A stretch of DNA of 64,000 bases, taken from assembly GCA_021613535.1 (NCBI GenBank), contig CP075494.1:16368001-16432000 (forward strand). Reading direction: 5' to 3'. A program made the position numbers and the translations under genes. Shown piece by piece: positions 1-11,344 of this stretch (positions are counted from its first letter, which is position 1; every line of letters begins with the position of its first letter). This stretch comes from Adineta vaga (lineage: Eukaryota > Animalia > Rotifera). The notes under the pieces are model-generated. The model was not told the DNA's origin. It saw nothing but the letters and a program-made list of their open reading frames with translations, and made no database searches.

Positions 1-546
1 TAGAGAGCGAGAGGATGCAATTGCCCCTCTGAAAAAATCTTCACAGGACAATAAAAAATTTATTATTTCTAACATTAAAAATATTTTCTGCACCAGTTAT
101 GACTTCATATATAATAGTATAGAACCATTTTGTGAAACACGATCTACGAGAGATTGTTAAAGTGTATAAGGAGAAAAACTCTTTCTCAATGAATTAATTT
201 TTATGAAATGTTCAAATAATAAATCGATTTTAATTTTGTTAATCGAGTGGAAAAAGAAAGTGCGATGAATGTTTGGTAAATTGAGAAATACAACAAAATG
301 ATTTTAGAATATTCAAAAAAGATGTTGTTATATACTCAATATGATATTATAAGGATTTAATACAGATATTTCACAAAATCAGTTCAACTGTGCATAGTTA
401 TTGATTGAACGAATTTGATATTTGTATCAATTTATTTCAAAGCAAAAGTTTACCATCGTGTGCGTAGCGTATGATAGCGATACGTCTCTACGTGTCGTTA
501 TCATATGTTTTTCTACATCGAAGTGTCTGATTCAATACTCTGATTG

Positions 547-611
547 ATCTTGAAGGTATGAGTGAGGGTGGGTGAGGTTGGTGTGAAAGAAGAGATACAC
601 CCACACCCTCA
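547..611. repeat. Inverted telomere-like linker element (copy 1)
   Basis: atcttgaaggtatgagtgagggtgggtgagg ... tacacccacaccctca: G-rich arm followed by complementary C-rich arm. Confidence 0.85.
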
Positions 612-695
612 TAAACAAAGGCAAAAGATATGCTTTGACATACGTAACAAAACTTTTATCATTTAGGTCATTATAAAATAGAAAAAAAAACCTTT

Positions 696-1459
696 TTATT
701 CATCAAAATCATCTTTAATTTCATCATCAATTCCAAACTGATCTCCTGGAATAATAATTTGATCTAAAAAAGCTAATTGTTCAAGTTGATCAAGAAATTC
801 TTTTCTTTGTTCATTTGTTGAATTTTCCTCCTTATTTGATAAAAATAAAGAAAATTGATTTTGAAATTGTTCTGATGAAATTAAATTAATAAATGATAAT
901 GGAAATAAATGATTTAATTGATCAGATAATTCATAAATATGTTCACCAATATATTTTGCACGTTTAAGTCGTTTTCTAATTCGTTCAGTTTTTAATTGTC
1001 TCATTGTATATTCATATTGTAATGTTCGAATACGACATGATGAGAAATTTTCAACTTGACGACGATATTCTAATGAGAAGAAAAAGAATCAAAAGAAATA
1101 CAAATGAAGAAATTTGTTTTACCATCCCAAAATTCACGATTTTTTTGTAATTGTGCATCTCTCCATTGATCTAATTCTTTTTCTGTATTTTCAATTGCTT
1201 TTAATCTTTGTTCAACTTCATAAGCTAATGATTCTAAATCTTGTAAAACTTTTTGAGCATTTATATGACGTTTTTCTACACAATTATCACATAAATATGA
1301 CACCATTGTTGCTTCTGTTGTTGTTTGTTGAGATTTGATTTGACGTTTAACAGTTGAATCAACAATTGAACAATCATCACATTCATAAATAGCATCAATT
1401 TCATCAATTAATTCATAGAGAAGATTTGAAATTTCTTCAGAAATATTTTCATCAACCAT
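696..1459 (-). CDS. Two-exon coiled-coil protein of unknown function (exons ~1459-1123, 1069-696)
   Basis: ORFs 1070-1459 and 696-1004 join in frame through a phase-1 GT-AG intron (GATG|gtaaa ... cattag|AATAT); E/K/R/Q-rich helical sequence. Confidence 0.65.
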
Positions 1460-2629
1460 TATATTTATCTAAAAGGAATTTTTTTAATGATAAGAAACAT
1501 TCGTGAATAAAAACAATAAATACTATGAGAAAGATAAACAGACAAAAAAAGAGAAGAAATTCTTCAAATTATCAATTATATTGATGTTCGTTTTCCTTGG
1601 TGATATATAGAATATATTTTGGCTATTGATATTCATTAAGAATATGTGATGGAAAAAACAAGAAATTCATTATTGAAGTTGAAGGATGATAAGATGTAGA
1701 ATTTAACTATAATAAAGTTATCAAAATGATTCATTCAATTAAAAATAAAATCAAAGAAATCGTTCTCTTTTTTTTGATAAAATTCTTCTTACTTCTTTTA
1801 TTAAATCAATAAATTGTTTATTTTCTTTATTGAACTAATTTCGCAATGTTTAACATCACGGAATAGGAAATATTCTCTTCGTCAATCGTTTCACGGTCAT
1901 GTTTATCACCAACTCAATGAAATTTTGCAACAGGATCAACTTTTGTTTTAACATCACTTACTATTTTATTTAATAACGATTGATGCGAACTTCATCATGA
2001 GGAACAATTATTTCAATAATTGTATTTTACTGTTCAAAGTGCCTTTTACTTTATCACGAGAAACTAGAAGAAAAATGTTCTGACCTTCCGATAAAAAAAT
2101 AAATAACAAATTCTTACGAAAAAAAGCCAATGATTTTCATGATGAAGATATATGTGTCATACAGTAGCGACATCTCTTTTTCATTTGTTATTCATTCATA
2201 AAATATATTATCCATTGACGAGAATAGGGTGTGGGTGATGATGGTAAGTTTGGTTAGTAATCATAGTCCGACTCAACATTAACAGTGCTTTTCACCATGC
2301 GAGTGTTTCACAAAGACTGTCTATTACTTCGCAACGTAAGACTATAGAAAAACAAAATCGAATCAAATAGTCTTTAGAGTAAAACGCAAATCGGCTGTTT
2401 TTCTACAACCGAAAGCAACCATCTCAATCTGCATCAACAACAAATAGACCTTTCTACCACCTGAAAATGTTCTTATATGGCAATCCGAGGCAATAGGAAC
2501 CTTTTTCTGGACACCAGTCGTTTTTGATAATCTAGTTTTCCGAAGACTGTTTGAATTCCTTGAATTTTTTTTCTACTTAGATTCCTAGTAATCTGATTTT
2601 GGAGTCAGAATTCCTCAAGAGTTCGTAAT

Positions 2630-3634
2630 TCACGGAATTCGGACAGGTCTCTCAATTCGATGATTTCCATAATCAGCAACATAAAGATTTCCTTCATCAT
2701 CAAATGATAAATCAACTGGATAAGACACTTGATTTGATTGATTTTCCCAACCATTTCCACCAGCAACAATCACACCTTCTTTTGCATCTTTTCTCCATTT
2801 CATTATACGATGATTTTCAGAATCTGAAACATAAATCGATTGTTCATCATCAACAAAGATGAAAGAAACATTACTCAATTGATCAAGTCCACATCCTTTT
2901 CCATTTTTACCTGCAATAATTTCTCCTTGATTTTCATTTGATTTCCATTTCATAATACGATCATTGCCCGAATCAGCAATAAAAATATTTTGATTTTTAT
3001 CAATAAATATACCACAAGGATAAGAGAATTAATTCAATTCATTTCCATCTCCGTTTCCTTCAATAATTTCTGCATTTTGTTTCCATTTATTAAGATTTGT
3101 ATCTTAAAGAAGAACGAAGAAAGAACTAATGAAGATGCAATGTTGATGAAATAAAATGTCTACATCTGCTCTCGTTCTCAATATTCGATTCTTCAATAGT
3201 TTTATTGGAATCAAATCTGGTCAAAAGAACAGCCCTATACACAGAGTTGTTATATTATTAATTTACTTTGGAGAGAAAGTATTTGCATTTCAAGTACGAC
3301 TATTCGTTTTAGAAGAAAATCCCAAGCGTGAATTCTTCTTACCTAAGTTTCTTTCTTTGATTTCAAACTGAATTGAAATTTTCCGAATGAATATTTCTGA
3401 ATTTGTTTCCCATCGATCAATTTGTTTCATCAATAATAAATCTGATTGTTTTTTATTAATATTTTCCCGAATTTGAGCAAAATCATTGATAATCATCTTT
3501 AACTCTTCATTTAATTTTTGTTGATGTTCATTTAAGTAATTAAGACAAAATCGATGTAAACAATATTCACAGAGATATGTTACTTTATCTTCATTACAAA
3601 CCGAACACTGTGTTTCGTTATTTGCCATCGTCAT
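2630..3634 (-). pseudogene. B-box-like/coiled-coil + NHL-repeat gene, disrupted
   Basis: CSVC..CEYC N-terminus; NHL motifs (IYVSDSENHRIMKW, LYVADYGNHRI); in-frame TAA near 3029 (ELN*FSYP); 3' end runs into unrelated repeat-like sequence. Confidence 0.75.
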
Positions 3635-4160
3635 TTTGTTCGAATAAAAATGCCTAAAGGTATTTATTTGAATATTATCTTTTATACATACGTTAGATTT
3701 TACATTTAGGTTACATATTTTGTGTATAAATGAAACATTAAATCAAGTAAGAAATTCTTCTTCTCTGATTTGATTTACAAACTACACGTATCACGAAAAT
3801 CATACAGACATCAAATCATTATTCGAATAAGATTAAATTTAAACATTTCATTTTAATAGGATTATTTTTAAATCATCCGAAATGTCATTGGATTCATTAT
3901 TGTGATTGTGTACAATATTAAACATCGATACAAGTCAATGTATTTGAAATTTCATTCTAAAAAATTTGAAATATCACTCATCTGTAAATATCGTTCTTGT
4001 GACAACATCAACTCTCTGTTGTCTGATTAATTGAAATCATTGTTTATCATCCTCAGATATGAACATTTTTACTTAAGACGAATCTGTAAGTTTCTTGACA
4101 ATTTTATTGTTTCATCATCTTTTTTCTTAAATAATTAAAGGTATGTTATTGATGGCTCTC

Positions 4161-4229
4161 TCTTAAGGGTGTGGGTGTGAGAGATATAATCTCTCACATT
4201 CACCCATATCCACACCCTCACCCACACTC
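4161..4229. repeat. Inverted telomere-like linker element (copy 2)
   Basis: tcttaagggtgtgggtgtgagagat-ata-atctctcacattcacccatatccacaccctcacccacac; the spacer is itself a hairpin. Confidence 0.9.
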
Positions 4230-4366
4230 GAATTTAAACCTAAAATTTCTACATTTTTTAGTTGACAATCTCTTTTTAATACGTTAAGGTCGTTCATATC
4301 TGAATATCCGCATAATCACATGAATAGATATTTCCTTTTTCTAACAGTAGAAAAGCAAAACATCGT

Positions 4367-7300
4367 TTATAACTCTCGTTTCACAAGTTCGATCCACTTC
4401 AACGTAGCCTCAATATTATCATCATTGGAAGGAAGAGACTGTTGATATAATTCCAATACCCGTTGAAAAATCGGCAGTGCATTTGAGTATTCTTTCATTT
4501 TATAATGTGTTTCACCAATGTTGTTGTAGCATTGAACCAAATCGGGATGACTTTCGGATAGAGAATTCCGATGGATGGCAAGTGCTTTTTCGTAGAACAA
4601 CAGTGCTTTTGAGTAATTACCCATTTCCTTCAATACCGCGCCGATATTATTATAGGAAGTAGCTAGATTAGGATGATCTGCAGAAAGAGTATTTTCACAA
4701 ATTTCACATGCTTTTTTGAAAAAGGATAGTGATTCTGAGTACTTTTCTAATTTCTTATATACTGCGCCAAGATTGTTGTATGATGATGCCAATGATGGAT
4801 GATTTGAGGGAAAAGTATTCTGGAAGATATTATGTGCTTTTTCATGGAACGATAGTGCTTTCGAATATTCTTTCATATTGTAATACACAGAACCGATATT
4901 GTCGAAAGATATAGCCCAATGAGGATGATTTTTAGGACAAGTATTCTCCAGGATATCAAGTACTTTTTCGTAGCTGGATAGCGCTTTTGAATATTCTCCT
5001 ATGTTTTCATATACCGAACCGATGTTATTGTAGATACCGGCTACATCAGGACGAGTTTCGTGAAGATTATTCCTATGGATATCAAGTGCATTTTCGTAGA
5101 AGGTCAATGCCTTTAAATCTTCTCTCATGTTGTAATATACGGAACCAATATTATTGTATATAGCGGCCAAATCAGGATGATTTTTGTGGAGTGAATTCTG
5201 CTTGATCTGAAGTGATTTTTCGAAGAATGGCAGCGCTTTTGAGTATTCTCCCATATTAATATACACAGAACCGATACTATTGTAACAATGGGCCAGATGA
5301 GGATGATTTTGGGAGAGTGAATCTTTCTGCATACCGTATGCTTTTTCTAAAAAAGATAATGCTTTCTTATACTCCCCCATATCATTATACACCATGCCAA
5401 TTTTGTCGTATAACATGGCCAAATCAAGATGATTTTTAGAAATATTTTTCTGATAAATATCATCTGCTTTTTCGTAAAAAGACAATGCTTCTGAGTATTT
5501 TCTCATTTGATCATACACGAAGCCTATGTTGTGGTATGAAACAGCCAAATGAAGATGATTCTCGCGAAGCGAAACATTCCAGATATTAAGTGATTTTTCC
5601 AAAACTTCCAGAGCTTTTGAGTACTTTCCTGTGTGAGTGTATGCCACACCGATGTTGCTCCATAAAGAGGCTAACCTAGGATGATTTTCAAGTTTACTAT
5701 TCTTGCAGATATCAAGTGCTTTTTCGTAGACAGACACTGCTTTTGAATATTCTCCCATATGACTATGCACTATGCCGATGTTGTTCAATGAATTAGCTAA
5801 ATCAGGATGATTTTCGCGAAGCGAAATCTCCCGAATATGAAGTGATTGTTTCAAGAATGTCAGTGCTTTTGAATATTCTCCTAGCTGATCATACAGCAAA
5901 CCGATGTTGTTGTATGAAATCGCTAGATCAGGATGATTTTCAGGAAGACTATTCTTACAGATATCAAGTGCTTTTTCGTAGAAGGACAGCGCTTTCACGT
6001 AATCTCCCGTAATCTTGAATGTCGCGCCCATATTAATGTATGAAATAGCTAGACCAGGATGAATTGCAGGAAGACTATTTTTAAAAATATCAATTAGTTT
6101 TTCCAGGAAGGGTAGTGCTTTCGAGTATTCTCTTTGTTCAATATATGTTACGGCAATGGAATTGTAAGAAGCAACCCAATGAGGATGGTTTTCAGGAAGA
6201 CTGGTATTGGAGAGCTCAAGTGCTTTTTCAAGGAACTCCAATGCTTTTGAATATTCTCCCTTGTTCTGATATGCTAAGCCAATGTTATTGTATGGTGTAA
6301 CCAACAGAGGATTATCTCCTGGAAGAATATTTTTTCGTATATCAAGTGCTTTTTCAGAATATTCAATTGCTTCTTCGTGTTCACCTTTTTTGAGCTTGAT
6401 ACATCCCAACATATAATTATAAGTGGCTAGATCCTCTTGATCCGTTGTCTGTTCAATCAGAGTGTGATAAAGTTCTTCGGCTTTGCTCACCTGTCCGACC
6501 TTCATCAATAGTCGTCCCAATTTATGCCATCCTCTGTCATTTTGAACATCCTTTTCAAAATGTCTAGTCAATTCACGCAATTGTTTATCATCATCATCTG
6601 TCAGTGTTAATTCCACTTTAAAGACATTATTCATGTTTTCGATTGGCTCAATTTTTTTGATGCGAAATACAGTGTGCATAGAGAAGAGTATTTCGACTTC
6701 AAAGTCAAAATGACTACCTTCTTTAATGTCAGCGAATGGGGTACGGGTAATATTGGGATCAATCTCCATGACAAACAGAGTTCCAACCTTGTCGGGATCG
6801 TAAGAATTACTGTCGGCGTAGAGCAGAGAAACGTCTTTATTTCGACTAGTAGAGAGAAAATTATTGAATGATATAAGTCTATCTTGAGAATTTTGGAGTT
6901 TTTCGAAATCATCTAGTGTAAGACCCTGTCCTCGATAAACATGGAAAGGTTGCCCATTATATTGACTAACTTGTATTCGGTATAGTTCTTCGATTTGTCG
7001 ATGTAAATCATGTATGAAGAAGCCCATATTGACAATAATATCAGCTTCCAATAGTCGCAGGGCTCGATTGACCATCTGATGCGTGAAACATGACCGTGTG
7101 TACCACCAAACGGCTTTCTCTGGGTGATAGTCACGTTCAAATTCATCGATCGTTGCGAGTTCACTTGGAATGGCATCTTTCGTTTCTCGACAATACTTGA
7201 CAAGTCTTTGAATGTCTTTTGGGTTGTGTTCCATATCCAATAAAACGCTTTTAAATAATTCCGTGTACATAAAAGAAGGCTCCAGTTGATCGAGATTTAT

Positions 7301-7807
7301 CTTGGAGATATCTTCACTTGACAGCACAAAACTCATCGGCATGGAATTCTGTTCAGATGTTCTCATTACTGAAGGAAGAGACTGACAGATAGGTGCAATT
7401 TGTGTGTGTACACCTTTGATTTTATGCCATTGTGTTGTCCAGTCTTCATGTAGACTTTTATCCCTGAGAAAGATGTAAATGGCATCTACTTGTGTCATGG
7501 AATGAATGCGAGGAATTAAATCTCGACTGAGAGATTCTGACGTGATAATAAAGACTTTTTCCTTCGTTGTTTCATTGATGAAATTCATACAGTCACTAGG
7601 ATTTGTAAACATAATAACGTCATTCACTAGGCTACGTAGTTTTTCCAAGATATTTTGACAACTTTGATCTAATTCATTGATGTTTGGGCCTATCCAAACG
7701 AGCAAAAAGTTTTGTACATTAAGTCGTCTGGAGCGAGTGGATTCTAGTTTTCCCGCAGATTTCATGGTGGCAGCACTGGTTGTTGTATCGTTTTTGAGAC
7801 TTGCCAT
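4367..7807 (-). CDS. ADP-ribosyltransferase (R-S-E type) fused to ~17 TPR repeats
   Basis: Intronless 1146-aa ORF; ART motifs VYRGQ / FLSTS / EVEILF; 42-aa TPR units (HPDLAISYNNIG..Y..GEYSKAL.FYEKAL). Confidence 0.92.
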   Translation of the reverse strand: MASLKNDTTTSAATMKSAGKLESTRSRRLNVQNFLLVWIGPNINELDQSCQNILEKLRSLVNDVIMFTNPSDCMNFINETTKEKVFIITSESLSRDLIPRIHSMTQVDAIYIFLRDKSLHEDWTTQWHKIKGVHTQIAPICQSLPSVMRTSEQNSMPMSFVLSSEDISKINLDQLEPSFMYTELFKSVLLDMEHNPKDIQRLVKYCRETKDAIPSELATIDEFERDYHPEKAVWWYTRSCFTHQMVNRALRLLEADIIVNMGFFIHDLHRQIEELYRIQVSQYNGQPFHVYRGQGLTLDDFEKLQNSQDRLISFNNFLSTSRNKDVSLLYADSNSYDPDKVGTLFVMEIDPNITRTPFADIKEGSHFDFEVEILFSMHTVFRIKKIEPIENMNNVFKVELTLTDDDDKQLRELTRHFEKDVQNDRGWHKLGRLLMKVGQVSKAEELYHTLIEQTTDQEDLATYNYMLGCIKLKKGEHEEAIEYSEKALDIRKNILPGDNPLLVTPYNNIGLAYQNKGEYSKALEFLEKALELSNTSLPENHPHWVASYNSIAVTYIEQREYSKALPFLEKLIDIFKNSLPAIHPGLAISYINMGATFKITGDYVKALSFYEKALDICKNSLPENHPDLAISYNNIGLLYDQLGEYSKALTFLKQSLHIREISLRENHPDLANSLNNIGIVHSHMGEYSKAVSVYEKALDICKNSKLENHPRLASLWSNIGVAYTHTGKYSKALEVLEKSLNIWNVSLRENHLHLAVSYHNIGFVYDQMRKYSEALSFYEKADDIYQKNISKNHLDLAMLYDKIGMVYNDMGEYKKALSFLEKAYGMQKDSLSQNHPHLAHCYNSIGSVYINMGEYSKALPFFEKSLQIKQNSLHKNHPDLAAIYNNIGSVYYNMREDLKALTFYENALDIHRNNLHETRPDVAGIYNNIGSVYENIGEYSKALSSYEKVLDILENTCPKNHPHWAISFDNIGSVYYNMKEYSKALSFHEKAHNIFQNTFPSNHPSLASSYNNLGAVYKKLEKYSESLSFFKKACEICENTLSADHPNLATSYNNIGAVLKEMGNYSKALLFYEKALAIHRNSLSESHPDLVQCYNNIGETHYKMKEYSNALPIFQRVLELYQQSLPSNDDNIEATLKWIELVKREL

Positions 7808-8244
7808 TATATAGAAGCTGGATTTAAAATACTAAATTTATGCTAAAACCATTGTTTAATACATGAAAGAACTGTCCTAATAACTGGCATCTTGTCGAAA
7901 AATTTATCTCCGCTGTTTATCATACGATATTACTGAAAATTTTACAACAGTTTTATTCTGGACTGGGCATCTCATAACAGTTATCAGATTATATGACACC
8001 CGATAGGCACACGATAGCTATGAAAAATCAATCGAGAAGATGAAAAGATTGCAAATACTGAAATTTTTTCAATAAACAATGTATATGTTGAATATAATCA
8101 GGAAAATGATGATTCAATAAAACAAATGCGGAAACTTCGGATTTCATCCGAAAGTTACGTGCACTGCAAAAAGTGTATGAGAAAGATGAGTCATCCTGTA
8201 ATGTCTGCGCATCAATATTTGTATTATAGCTCAGCGATATGAAT

Positions 8245-8500
8245 AGGTACAATGGCCAGGTATTTTGAAAACCACAAAACTACTGATCATTTGAGATATG
8301 TCTAGGCAACTTGGTTTTGGAATACAGTTTGTGCGGATTTTGAGACTTTTTCAGGCAAAATTTCGGTAGAAAACCACGGTTTGGTTCAAAACAGATATTA
8401 GATTCGTAACCAGCGTTAAAAGGTGAGTTGATTTATACATGTTTTCAATAATTTTGAGAAGAAAACGGTTTTTGTAAAAAATCCCTGTATCCCTCTCAGG
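8245..8500 (-). mobile_element. Non-autonomous dispersed repeat, diverged inverted copy of 15390-15650
   Basis: Reverse complement of aaaaatccctgtatccctctcagg matches cctctgaggatgggtacagagatttttt at ~15392; a second block (gagatatgtctaggcaac vs cttcgtagatatgtctc) also matches. Confidence 0.55.
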
Positions 8501-9153
8501 GATGGTCTGCGCAATAATGAGAATTTTTTCGGTAACTCAGTCATTTCTTGTGGTCAGACACACTGACTGATTCTAGTAGTGTACTCATTTTTTGTGTACA
8601 CTAAAAAGAAATAAAGTATTTGAAGTAAAATAAACTTTCGTTGAATAGTCAATCAAAAATATTGTATAGTGAGAGCTGTAATTATCGATCAGTCGCCTCT
8701 TAAACAATATCTCTGCGAAATGGTTGAGATATGGTGCATATAGAGAAGGTAAAATATTCAAACTAATTTGAAGAATACTTCTTTTTTACAATTGTAACTA
8801 AAAGTAAACATACATATACCTTTTTCGTTGCCAAAGGAAGTCCGAAGCGTATTAGTATATACTAGTATATTGTCAAACACATTCGATCGTTAAATAAGAG
8901 AAAATGGGGAAAAAACCCAGCAGTAGTTTTCGGTTCGTTGCACAATGATGTTATTTTATAACGATCGATAAGAAGAAAAACATGTTAATTATTGCTTTCA
9001 TACAATAATAGATATTGTTATTTTTTATACATTTATTTTCATGCGGTAAAGTTTTGTAAATAATAATAAATAACACACGTCGAGAGTAACTCGCTTGACT
9101 CTCGAGTGAAGGACTAACACAACGGGATTTACGGAAATTTGGAGCTGAAAAAT

Positions 9154-9227
9154 TTTGATGGTGTGAGTGGGCGTGAGTGTACACTAGGCTTCGCTCTTAA
9201 CTCTCACCCACACCCACACCCTCAAGA
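9154..9227. repeat. Inverted telomere-like linker element (copy 3)
   Basis: tttgatggtgtgagtgggcgtgagtg ... ctcacccacacccacaccctcaaga. Confidence 0.9.
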
Positions 9228-11344
9228 CTCTTCTGAGTTTGATTGACTCGTAACACAAATATTTCCTATTGATTTGTAAAATTGTTTTTCTAAATAGATA
9301 TTGTCATATCAATTAAAGAGCAATTCATAATCCATATTTTTATTTAAAAACTTGTTGATGAATTTTCATAACAACTTTTCAAGAATATCGTAAAGAAATT
9401 TGTTGAATATAAAGACAAAACACTTCTATCAAAGAATTATTGAAGAAGAAAAGTGTACACGCTTGTCATTTCTCCTTTATAATTTCATCTCTCCATTTTA
9501 CAAAACGAATCGAAACAAAAGGAAGTTGCTCGATTCTAAACTAATGATGAAAGCAAAATGTTCATCATTTTAATTTATTTTCATTAAATATTTCTCATTC
9601 TCCTAAAAAAACCGAAACATTTCTTTCTTCCTTTCTCTCTTCGTGTGTATATATTTTTTGCTCAATTTTTTTAATAATTTAGATGGAAAGTTCTTAGTCA
9701 AATGAAATATATGTTTGTTGAATGATAATATGTTCATTATTTGATTTAATTCCGATTCTCTTCATTCACATTTCATTTGATAGAGAACACTGAAATTATC
9801 TAAATAGAACGATTTTGTTGGATAACTTAAAATTATCTTTCTGTTTTTCTTTCCAGTTTTTGTCAATTAAAATGATATCAAATTGAACGTTTATAATAAC
9901 TCAATTCAATAAGAACGCATAGTCTTCAACATTTTCAGTATAACAATCTCATACATACTCTTAATCAATCGAAAAATGTCATATTATTTGATTATCTTCC
10001 TTTCAATTAGAGAATTTTTGTTTATTTTAGTTATATCCATAGTCACATATTTTCTATTTTAATGTTTTACTATAAAATATTTTAGGATAATATTTCTTTA
10101 ATAACACCGATCTTGTCCTAAAACAAGAGAAACAACAATCATTCTGAAATATATGAGAATACATCTAAATCGACAGAAGATTTTATATGAATTGTTCAAG
10201 ATCTCAATATTCAAATAGATGAATCGGAATAATCTTTAAAAAAATTATTCTCTCACGAGACTTTGGAAAGACTAATAAAAGTTATTCGAAATAGTCTTAT
10301 CTAATTTACACAAATGTTATCTGATACTTTTATGGTATCCAATAGATTCTAACATGATCATCAGTTGATCTCTTTCTTATATCGTATAGAGAATGAGAAA
10401 CTGAAATATTTCAATAATATAGATGGTAAATATGGCGATGAATAAGAGAAAAACCAATTCATAAGATTAATTTTAATTATTAATTGCCTTTCCTTTTTTC
10501 CTGTTCTTCTAATATTCATTATGAAAATGTAATTGTTTCTAAACGACTTTTTTTCTGTTGTCAGGATTTTAAAGACATTTGTTTATTGAAACTGGGTGAT
10601 TTTTATTATTATAATTGACAATAGCTACGCTCATAAACTGTTTGCTGTCAGAGTTTTTTTCTAATCAATTCCTTTTGTTTCGTAGGTGCTTAGCAATGAT
10701 TGAAGTAAACTAATCATCATAGTGGAATACGTGGTCGACGATCTAGGAAAGGAGAGCTGCGAGGAGCCTGATTCAAGCATAATTTTAAAAAATAAAATTT
10801 GTTTATACGAAAATTTCTTGATAACACTTGCCATCAACCAAGATTACAAGCTCTTTTTCACTATTTTCTAGCAGAAATACTCTAATTTTGGCATTTTTCG
10901 TTTAGTACTATAAAAAAAAAGGCGTCTGATGGCTGTTCCTAGCAGTATTTCTAGACTTTCTGCCAAATTCTAGCTTCTTCACTCTAGGAAAACAATCGAA
11001 AATCATGGTGAAGTAAAAAGATCTGAGTTAAAAAAATTGATATTTATCTAAAATTTTCTTTGTCATATCTATAAGTATAGAATGAACATTCGATTGATTT
11101 TTCATTTCGAATTAGTTATTTTCTAAACTAAATTATTTCATAAGATCTTCGTTTCTTTTTCTATTTGAATAAATACAATGAAAATTATGAACGTATATAG
11201 TTTCTTATTTAACTAATGGAATAAATATAGAAAATAGAGAGAGAGAGTGGGAGTAGTAGGGAATGAGAGAAAATATTATACTTTTGTTTATTATAGAATA
11301 TTTTCTTTTCAGTTTCATTCATTTCATGAATTGACACTTTGACG

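Noticed and set aside
9300-10450. Possible decayed gene after the element at 9154
   Set aside because: Coding-like patches exist but are too degenerate to assign.
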